This document shows positions 1 to 9,082 of a DNA stretch of 64,000 nucleotides, piece by piece. Both the position numbers and the translations under genes were made by a program. This DNA is from Iphione sp. A-MEVVRFRX5. Its lineage: Eukaryota. How positions within the stretch are numbered: position 1 is the stretch's first letter; every line of letters begins with the position of its first letter. The stretch covers positions 57,226,001 through 57,290,000 of the forward strand of contig OZ320321.1 of the NCBI GenBank assembly GCA_976226885.1, in the 5' to 3' direction. The notes under the pieces were generated by a model. The model saw only the letters and a program-made list of their open reading frames with translations. It did no database searches and had not been told where the DNA came from.

Positions 1-3000
1 CCGAGCGGTGCCTCGTCCATCAGGGGAGTGCCCGGGTCCTGTGGGGGATCGGCACTCCGAGGCGCGGGGGGGGTCTCCGGGTCCGCAGAGTCTCCTTTCG
101 GGGGAGGAGGGGAGTCCGCCCGGTCGGCGGTGGCCGCGGGCGCGGGCTCTACGGGGCCGGGGCCCGGGGGCGCGGCCACAGGCGGCCCCGCGGGTGGGAG
201 GTCGTCCCCCGAGTCCTCTTCCGTCTCTCCTCGCTCCTGCCGCTGCGCAATCCAGTTTAGCAGGTCCCGCCGCCGGGTCCTCTCATCTTGCCGCTTCCGG
301 CGGTCGTACTCCGCCTGCCGCTCCGGCGGGCAGGGCAGCACCACCCCGAACGTCGGGTTATACCCCGAAAAACGAAGCAGCTCCACTCCTGTGGAGTGCG
401 CCACCCGCTCCGAGCCGTGCACCTTCACTGCGTGCCGCTTCCAGTCGGCCCGACGCTTGAAAGCGGTGCCCTGACATCTGGGGAAGGGGCACAGCCAGCC
501 GAACCCGACGACTTGATGGGCGGCTGCAATGTGCTCATACATGCCCTCCAGCTCGGCGAATTCCCTTCCGCACACCTGGCAGGGGAAGGGAGGGCCGTCG
601 GGGGCGTCAGAGGTGCTGGGGGTCGGGTCGTGCTCCGCCATGCTGACCTCGGGTCGCGGGTGGTGAGTGGGCACGGGGCTGCGCTGACTGTCCCGGCGAC
701 GCTCGTCGTTGCGCGGAATGCAGGTGCGTTGATCGTAGCTGCGGCAATCGTCAGCGCGGCCAATGTCGTGGTCCGGATGCACGGGGCGTACACGGTAGCT
801 GCGTCGAGCGCTGTTGCCCCGACGGACGCTGCGTCGATTGCCTGCGCGAACAAGGCGAAAGTCAGCACGGGGCGTTTCTGCTACAGCGCAAACATGGCTC
901 AAGCGTTCAACCCTTGGTATTTTGCCGCCAGTACAGGCCGCAGAGTCAGCACGGCATGCTTCTACTACAGCGCAAACGTGGCTCGACCTTTCTACTGGCG
1001 AGCAAACGGCGCCCTCACAACTGCCGCTCGTGCATTCAACTCGCGATATGCCGCCGCCGGTACAGGCTGCGAAGTTACGGTGACAGCCTAGTGCCCTCAC
1101 CCTCGTACAATCAACGCAGCCACCCTCCGAGCTGAAGCCTACACCGGCCTCTCGATCATTGCTTCGACAAGGCTGGCACCTTCCAACGGAGCGGCCCCTA
1201 TTATCGCTCGTAGCTCGTACGGTTGTGGCATCTGATAAAACGCCTACCTGGCCTTGTACTGTCCGTGCGGGGAAGGTCACGGCGTCCTGGCGTTTAGAGT
1301 CACGGCGGGCTTCTTGTTGGGGTGATGCGTTCCCTGTTGTCACGCGAGGATCCCTGCTTCGTCGATTGCTCGAGCTGCGAAAGCACGTGGTCTGCAAGCA
1401 AGGAACGCCGTCGCGGGGGGTGCTGCCTCGTTTCCAGCAGCTTAGGTCAGCGGAGTTACACTGGGGGGCGCCACATGCCGACGAAGGGTGCGTCTGCGGT
1501 GCCAGCAACGACGCACGAGCGGAATTACGCTGGGGGGCGCCACGGGCTGGCAAAGGGTGCGCCTGCGAAGCTCGCACCGACGCAGCCTTGTTCCACGCTT
1601 CGTGCTGAAGGTGCCACAACGCACCTACACTCCCAGCTTCGACGGTCGGCGCCGCTACTATCCCTGCATCCGCGGGGGCAGCTCGACTGGTGCACGTCAC
1701 CTGAGGGTCTTCTTTGGTTGGCTTGAGCCGGTCTGCATGGACGACTCTCCTCTTGGGGCCCTTGCCGATTCGGTAGGTGACCTCCGACAGCCTCTCCTCT
1801 ATCTGCCAAGGTCCCTCCCACCAATCCTGGAACTTATGAGGGACTCCCCGGCGGCGAAGTGGTGAAAACAACCAGACCCTCTGTCCCACGGCGTACCCTT
1901 GTGGCCTGACCTTCTGGTTGTACCAGTCGCGCCGGTGCTCCGCCACCCGGTTCAGGCGTCCTGCCACTCGCTGGTGGGCCTGCCGGACCTCATCTTCTAC
2001 CTGGCTGACGAACTGGTTCCGCTGCACCACGTCCGGCTCAGGGTATCCGTAGCGGAGTTCCACGGGTAGGTTGACCTCACGGTGGAACAGGAGCCGGTTT
2101 GGCGACATGTTGGTCGAACCCTGGGGGGTGGCCCGGTAAGCGGCCATCACGTAGGGAAGGGCCAGATCCCAGTCGGCCCGGCGCTCCTCCCCCAGGGTGC
2201 CCAACATGTTAGCCAGCGTTCTGTTGAAGCGCTCCACCACGCCGTCGCTCTGTGGATGGTACGGGGTAGTCCTAGACTTCTCTACCCCCAGAAGCTGCAG
2301 CACTTCGGTAAAAAGCGCTGACTCGAAGTTGCGGCCCTGGTCAGAATGGAACACCCGGGGAGGGCCGAACCGGCAGACCACCTCCCGCACGATGACCTCC
2401 GCGGACGCCTTAGCCGTGGCCTCGGCCAGGGGGAAGGCCTCCGTCCACTTGGAGAAGTGGTCTGCCACTACCAGGACATACCGGTTGCCCCGCGGCGTTT
2501 CCGGCAGGGGCCCCAGTATGTCCGCCGCCACCAACTCCCAGGGTTCGTTCACCGGCCGCGACTGCAGCGGGGCTCGCTTTGAACAGGGCGGCGCCTTGCG
2601 TCGCTGGCAAGCCTGGCACGCCGCCGTCCACCGCCCCACATCTCGGCGCATCCCGGGCCAGAACCACTTCTGCCGCAGCAACCCGAGCGTCTTCTCGGCG
2701 CCCAGGTGGCCGCCCATCGCGCCTGCGTGAACATCCTGCCACAGCTCTGCCCGAAGGGCGCCGGGGACGTAGGCCTGGTATACCGCCTGTCCGCCCTCAG
2801 CCTCCCAGCGCCGCATCAGCACTCCGCCTCGCAGGGACAACCGACCTCCTTCCGCCCGTAGCTGGCGCTCCTCCCACGTCAGTCCGACCTCTAGCCCTGG
2901 GGGATCGTCCCCCGCCTCCAAGGCCCGGCGGATCGCATCCGTACCCTCCTCTGCCGCCTGCGCGTTGCCGAGGCGCGCCGCGCTCGCCCACGGGGTTGCC

Positions 3001-5381
3001 GTGACCGCGGCTACTTCCATGACCTCCGGGGTCATCTCCCTAGTGCACTGCTTGCACCGCTGCCGCGACAAGCCGTCCGCGTTTCCGTGTTTCCGGCCTG
3101 GCCGATGGATGATTTCCAGGTCGTGACAGAAGATTTCTTCCAACCAACGGGCTAGCTGGCCCTGCGGCTCCCGGAAGCTACACAGCCACCGTAGCGAGTC
3201 ATGGTCAGTCCGGATCTCGACACTCCGCCCTCCCACATAGCAGCGGAATTTGCGCAAGGCAAACACCACGGCCAGCAGCTCCCGTCGTGTCACACAATAA
3301 TTCCGCTCAGGCTTAGTGAGAGTCCGGCTCGCATACGCCAGGACCCGCTCCTGTCCGTCCTGGACCTGGGACAGCACGGCCCCGACGCCCGTGTCGGAGG
3401 CGTCTGTGTCGAGCAACAGCCTTCCCTGTGGGGAGGGGTAGCCCAGGATCGGTGCCGAACACAGTCGTCGTTTCAGGTGGTCGAAGGCCTGTTGGCATTC
3501 CTCCGTCCAGGCGAACTCCGCCAGTCGGTCCGCCGTCGCGTGGAGGGGGGCCGCAATCCGTGCAAAGCCCTCCACAAAGCTCCTGTAATATGAGCAGAGG
3601 CCGAGGAACCCGCGTAACTCCTCGCTGCAACGCGGCACCGGCCAGGCGGACACAGCAGCAATCTTCTCGGGGTCCACCCCGACACCGCGGGCAGACACCC
3701 GGTGGCCCAAATACGCCACCTCCTCTTGAAACAGTTGACATTTCGATGCCTTGACTCGCAGTCCGGCTTGCTGGAGCCGGTCGAAGACTCGCCCCAGACG
3801 GTCGCACATCTCTTCCACCGTGCGGCCCAGCACGATGATGTCGTCTAGATACACGAGGCAGTCTGTGCCCACCATGCCCCGCAGCACGGACTCCATGAGG
3901 CGCTCGAAGGTCGACGGTGCGTTGCACAACCCGAAGGGCATCACCCGAAACTGGTATAGCCCTCCAGGAGTGCACACGGCCGTCTTTTCTGCATCGGCCG
4001 GGTCCATCCTGACCTGCCAGTAGCCACTGGCCAGGTCAATTGCAGAAAAATAGCGGTTCCCCTGCAGCGCATCCAGGGTGTCGTCGATGCGGGGCAAGGG
4101 ATACGCGTCTTTCTTCGTCACCGCGTTCAGCCGCCGATAGTCAATGCAGAAACGGGTGCTCCCGTCCTTCTTCTTGACCAGGACTAGGGGGGACGCCCAC
4201 GGGCTGGTGGAATGCTCCAGCACCCCCTTCTCCAGCATCGACTCCACCTCCCGCTCCACTTCCGCCTTCCTATGGGGCGGTAGACGCCGCGCCCGCTGGC
4301 GGATGGGAGCGTGCCCCTGCGTGTCGATCCGGTGCTGCACTACAGGGGTGCACCCCAAGGGTCCACTTGGTGTCTGGAATACACCGTGGTGTGCCTCTAG
4401 CATGGCCTGGATCTCGCTTCGGTCATCGCCCGACAGTCCTTCTGGTAGTTGGTCTAACAGTTGTTTCACCGCTTCCCGTTGCTCAGCCCTCACAGCTTCC
4501 GCCGGTGCCGCGTAGGTGGTCACCACATCGCTCACCACATGGCCCGTCCCGAGCTGCGTACCACGGAAGACGCAAGCAGCGACTGGTCCCGGGTTCCAAA
4601 GGGGCACCCACAGCCGGCCTTCTTGCGGGCACACCACGGCCCTGGCCACTCGCAGCCCCGACCTCTCTTCGAACTGGCTGCTGGCCTCCGCCAAGATGCT
4701 CTCGTCCGGACGTCCCTCTCCTCGCCACTCGGCTTGCAGCCACCCGACTTGTCCCGCCGGGACCGTGGTGTCCACTGCCACCGTCAAGGGTGCCGCTGTC
4801 TCTTCAGGTATCCGGCCCAACGCCACCTGCGCCTTCCGAGAGTCCACCACCGCCTCCCAGCGGTCCAGCCAGTCAAGTCCCAGTATAGCCTGCACTTCCA
4901 TATCCACCACTCGAGCTCGCATGGGGATTGCGGCCTCCTGGAAGTACACCATCCCCGCCACGGATCCCCTCACTGCGAGCGGGGCGCCGTCTACACCGTA
5001 CACGCGGGCGTCCACAGGTCCCAGCGGGACTCCGTGCAGCGACTCGAACACCCTGGCGGAGAGGAGCGATGCTGAAGCGCCAGTATCGATCAGCCAGTCA
5101 ATCATTCTGCCCCCAAACTCTCCTGACAGGAGCAGTCCGTTGAACTCGCGCCTTCGGTGGCCCTGCAGGGTGACCGCCGGCTCTCCCTGGACTGCCCCTG
5201 CCAGAGCCTGCAGGCACTCCGGCAGTCCCAGGGACACGTCGGTTGCGGCCGCCCGCCCTACTGGGCCGGGGCGGGCGGCTGCCCGTTTCCCGCCTCGCTG
5301 GATGGGACCGCCGGGGGGGCCGCCGCCCCTGCTCCTTCCGCCGCCTTGCGCGCCGGGCAATCCCGCTTGAAGTGACCTTTC
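1..5381 (-). CDS. pol: Pol polyprotein (PR-RT-RH-IN) with a long in-frame C-terminal extension carrying two C2H2 zinc fingers; 3'-partial
   Basis: Manual codon-by-codon translation finds no stop from 5381 (upstream TGA at 5382-5384) to the window edge. Motifs: LIDTGAS 5076-5087, ILGLDWL about 4870, DLASGYWQ about 4020, MPFGLCNAP, YLDD 3840-3851, DTDASDTGVGAVL about 3390, TDH about 3200, HAGAMGGH..CQAC about 2604-2735, HSDQGRNF about 2340, VERFNR about 2232, WEGPW..HADRLKP about 1700-1820, C2H2 fingers 417-581. Confidence 0.93.
417..581 (-). other. Tandem C2H2 zinc fingers in the pol reading frame
   Basis: FPCQVCGREFAELEGMYEHIAAAH (C-x2-C-x12-H-x4-H, 516-581) and WLCPFPRCQGTAFKRRADWKRHAVKVH (C-x4-C-x13-H-x4-H, 417-491). 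An in-frame ATG at 641 lies in a good Kozak context (agcATGG). Confidence 0.85.
5248..5291 (-). promoter_or_regulatory. -1 programmed ribosomal frameshift signal (gag to pol)
   Basis: Slippery heptamer G GGA AAC (5285-5291) lies in the gag frame. A perfect 11-bp stem GCCGCCCGCCC/GGGCGGGCGGC with a 10-nt loop follows 5 nt downstream. Pol is in the -1 frame relative to gag. Confidence 0.85.
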
Positions 5382-7199
5382 TCATGGCAATAGAAGCACC
5401 CGCCCTCTGCGTTCCCTCCCCGACGACCTCGTCGGGCAGGCGCGGCGGCGGGCGCCTCCAGCAGGCGGACCAGCAGCTGCTCTATCCGGTCCCAGGCCTG
5501 CGGGGGGGGCGTGGGGGCGGTGCGGGCTGCCGCGGCCAAGGCCTCGTCCTCCTCAGTGCGAGCTGCCCGTACACGCGATTGGGTGGCAGGGGGGCTACGC
5601 TCCTTTTCCGCCCGGTGGAACGACTCCGCTAGGAGGGCTTCCGAGACTGCTGCCTGGAACGTCCTGGCCTTGGCCTGCACCACCCAGCGGCGGCTCCGTT
5701 CGTCCCGCAGGGCACTGACGAAGGAGTCCTTGCACATGCGGTCAAGCCAGACCCCTTCGGCTTCCGGGTAGGCTTGCCGAGCCAGCCGCTCGATCTCCTC
5801 CCCCAGCTTCTGGGCATCCTCATCCTTGCCCTGGCGCCGCTGTTTGAGCTCCTGCTCGAAAAAGGTAACGCGGTCCTCCGACTGGAACCTTTGTTTCAGC
5901 ACCTCCTCAATCCGGGCGTAGGCCCCGGGTGCTGATACGTCCACGTTGGCCGACCGGAGGGCCGACTGGGCCGACTTCCGTAAACAGACGCTGAGCTGGA
6001 GGGCCTTCTCAGCGTCGTCCCAACGGTTGGTCTTTGCAACGAGTCCGAAATGGTGCAGGAATTCAGACAAAGGTGCAGACCCGTCGAAGGGTTCAGGTTT
6101 CACATGGTGCCGCCGTGGTGGTGGCGGGGGCGCCGCCTGGGGCTGCATCGCGGCCTGCAATCCGGACACCAACCCTCGCACCAAGGCAGTGGCCTCGTCG
6201 GTTGGAGTTTTCGCCGCGGATGCCCCAGGCGCCCGCGGGGCGCGTCCCGGGTCCAGGGGGGCTGGCTTCCGGGTATCGGACCGCCCCCGGCCAGGGTTGC
6301 GGTGGGGGGGACCCTGCGGTTCGCCCTTCGGGCGGGCGGCTCCTGGCTTGACAACGTGGTTCCCTCCCCCGCTCTTCGCTATCGCGTTGGAGGGGCCAGG
6401 TACCAATAGGGAGCCGCTTGCCGACCCGCTGGTGCCCGCCGTGTTGAGCCCGCGGGGAAAGGGAGTGCTCGGGCCGGCCGCCCCCCCCCCGGGGTGCATG
6501 TACTCCGCCCGCGCCCGCGCCCGCGCCAAGCGCACCTGCCTTGACCGCGTCCGCGTTGGTGTCGTCCGCGTCGCTGGCCTCTGCATCGGTAGCATCCGCG
6601 TCGGTAGCATCCGCGTCAGTAGCACCTGCGTCGGTAGCATCTGCGTCACTCGTACCTGCGTCGACCGTACCTGCGTCGACCGTACCTGCGTCGACCGTAC
6701 CTGCGTCGACCGTACCTGCGTCGATCGTACCTGCGTCGATCGTACCTGCGTCGAGCGTACCTGCGTCGATCGTACCTGCGTCGAGCGTACCTGCGTCGAT
6801 CGTACCTGCGTCGAGCGTACCTGCGTCGATCGTCGTGGCACCCCGCGCTCGTGCGCCCTTCGTCGACGCACTGCCCGCTCCCGCGTTGGTGGACTCCTTC
6901 CCTCGTCGCGACGCGCCACCCGCCGACGCGCCGGGCTCCGCCCGCGGGGCGCCCGTCGGCACCCGACGCCTCGACGGCCGGGGCGCGGCCCACGACGGGG
7001 GGCGGAGCAGCATCAGCTCAATCTCACTGTCCGAGCTCAGAGCGCCTTCGGTACCCCAGGCCTCCAAGTCGCTATCCCTTCCTGGTGCGGGCGGCGACTG
7101 TAAGCGTCGGCGTCCCCTCCCTACGGGGGGGCGGCCAGCGGGGGACGAGATCCCACCGCTGCCACCAATGTAGCGTCGGCCACTCCGCAAGTAAGACAT
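5258..7199 (-). CDS. gag: Gag (capsid-like region plus CCHC knuckle), split by a 1-nt frame discontinuity that probably lies in the C10 run at 6481-6490
   Basis: The C-terminal frame (stop 5258-5260) reads KPEPFDGSAPLSEFLHHF..W...EKALQL..CFYCHEKGHFKRDC. The N-terminal frame starts MSYLRSGRRY at ATG 7199 and carries the DAGT repeats. Removing one G from the G10 run joins the two frames. An alternative start is ATG 6499 (MHPGGG). Confidence 0.8.
6581..6833. repeat. 15-bp tandem repeat inside gag (12 near-perfect CGTACCTGCGTCGAN units at 6651-6830 plus degenerate units)
   Basis: Directly visible. It encodes DAGT(I/L/V) in one minus frame and RSTQV in another. Confidence 0.95.
7150..7167 (-). 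promoter_or_regulatory. Primer binding site, tRNA-Leu (AAG/TAG type)
   Basis: TGGTGGCAGCGGTGGGAT lies 1 nt after the LTR end and is complementary to the remembered metazoan tRNA-Leu 3' end ATCCCACCGCTGCCACCA. Confidence 0.88.
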
Positions 7200-7510
7200 A
7201 ACCAGGAAGTATGAACCAAGGATCTTTATTGCTGAGACAATAATGAGTGAGATGCTCACCGTATGGTTCCCTGCCCAGAACTGACTGGAGAGGGCTCCAG
7301 CTCCTGCTTTTATAGGCTGGAGCCCCCCAGCGGTGCATGGTGCAACGCTGCACGATGCGTCAATCGCAAGTGCACGAAGCACAAAGCACAAAGCACGAGG
7401 CGACACTGCAACACTGCACTCCGCGCTGAAAGCATCAATGCACAATGCACAGTGCCACCTCGCACAATGCAACCTTGCACCGTGCAACGTTGCCACATGA
7501 CACCGCTACA
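7169..7510 (-). repeat. 5' LTR (342 bp)
   Basis: Terminal inverted repeats TGTAGCG...CGCTACA, TATAAAA at 7308-7314, AATAAA at 7225-7230, directly followed by the PBS. Composition switches to AT-rich host DNA after 7510. Confidence 0.9.
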
Positions 7511-7869
7511 GTAGGTATTGTGGGTCATTGGAAGTTGGCGGTTTCTGAGTGTTTTATACACGACAGAATTAAGTGTATGATTAAATTGGAAGGCAAATAA
7601 TGGCCCTGGCAAGCTGGGGGTGCCTCTTAGCATCACCTTCCATCGGCAACAAGTAGGTATAATTGAGCGAATGGGCGGGTTACCAGGTATCCAAGATGGC
7701 TGGCGTTTCTACGGTGTTGCGCGGATGCTTTAAGAATATGTATAGGAGCCCTGAGGCGGGCTTTCATCGCAGCGACATCAGGTCAGGTAATCTACCACAA
7801 AGCCCCATAAGATGTTACAGACGAAGGAAGCACATGTATCTTGCTAAAAGGGTTGAGTTATATGAAGCG

Positions 7870-8150
7870 TAATATCTGTTTAGGGCGCTATTTTTTACTC
7901 AAGCAGACGACACAGCGAGGTTAGTATTCAGTCCGAGACATTTCTTGACGTCAGAACGTTGTTGGTGAAGCAAATGTGGCAAGTGTAAGTGGTATTTTTA
8001 AGCCTGCATCTGAAGAATGAATCTGAAATGCATTAAATACCATGACGTCTCTAGAGAAATAAATGCACTTAGCAAAATGATACACCAACAGGAAAATACA
8101 GGTCTTGTAAAAGTTAGTAAAGGTCTTGAGGGAAGGTTGTATTTTCAAAC
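7870..8150 (-). pseudogene. Possible decayed LINE RT C-terminal (thumb) fragment
   Basis: SLKTFTNFYKTCIFLLVYHFAKC..FNAFQ.. and KKCLGLNT loosely resemble the post-RT region of CR1-group ORF2. Weak and frameshifted. Confidence 0.25.
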
Positions 8151-8778
8151 TTCAGTATGACAATTTCCAGTACGCCTTCGACCATTAGCTTAATGCTTAA
8201 AGGGGGAAGGTTCATCTTTTCCAGGCAACATTTATCACCAAAGACGAGACTAAAAATCTTGTCCCTGAATAATGAGTGAGATGTCAGCAGTACTCGCTGA
8301 TACCGGGACGGGGGTGTCTGCATCTGCACAAGGTGTCTACAAGGTAGCGACTATCACCACGAGATGTGCCCAGAAAGCGCAGACAGCGGGGTCACCTCTG
8401 ACCCCGAGCAGCTGAGAGTGACGGCGACCCTGATTACGGGGGTCGTGCATCCGCCCCTCGCTTACAACCCCGCCACCTGGGCATTATCACAGCCATCCTT
8501 GGCGAAAGGGTGGTGGACCAGCCAGCCTAATAGGAGAGCTGGGGCTGTTAATAGTTTATGAATGAGCCGGAGACGAGCCGTCTTTCCCAGTACATGTGAA
8601 CGGCTCATGCAAAAGTAGATGGCGTAGCGGACACATATAATAATCTTGCCAGCCATTAACACGCGAGTAGTGGACAAGGTTGTAAACTGGCATGTTTCTT
8701 TGTAAAAAAGAAAAGCACCATTTTGTTTCTCTTCGATAAAGGATACCACGCTGGGGAACCAGAATCAAAAGCTGGTAA

Positions 8779-9082
8779 GGCGGGGTTCACATATATCCAT
8801 ACGGAAAAAAAACATGTACAGGCCCGGAGCCGTGAAATATCTCCGCTGAGTTTATTTAAGTCCTTCTGTATGCAGTACCAGATTTTTTTCTACTACTGCA
8901 TCCTATAAAAAATGGATGGATATCCGTAAAAAAATCTGTCGCTGTCGCTGCACAGATACGGATTTGTAGCCATAGATACAGTCACATGTGAACACCTCCC
9001 TTGATTATCTACAGAACAGGAAATTTTCTACGTCTACGGATCCGTAGCCATAGCAAAAAAAAGGATACATGTGAACCCTGCC
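8779..9082. mobile_element. PIF/Harbinger-type MITE (304 bp)
   Basis: 20-bp TIRs GGCGGGGTTCACATATATCC / GGATACATGTGAACCCTGCC (18 of 20 match), flanked on both sides by a TAA target duplication (8776-8778, 9083-9085). Confidence 0.8.

Larger units (their letters stand above)
1..7510 (-). mobile_element. Ty3/Gypsy LTR retrotransposon; 3' part and 3' LTR lie beyond the left edge of the window
   Basis: Minus-strand order is LTR, PBS, gag (CCHC knuckle), protease (DTGA), RT (YLDD), RNase H, integrase (HHCC, DDE, GPY/F-like). RT-RH-IN order is diagnostic of Ty3/Gypsy. Confidence 0.97.

Noticed and set aside
6651-6830. 15-bp array as a CRISPR-like locus
   Set aside because: The units are directly adjacent with no unique spacers, lie inside gag, and the DNA is eukaryotic.
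8-7514. Dozens of overlapping plus-strand and off-frame ORFs in the ORF track
   Set aside because: They are antisense or alternative-frame shadows of very GC-rich gag/pol sequence with no recognisable motifs. The real pol frame is absent from the track because it lacks a stop within the window.
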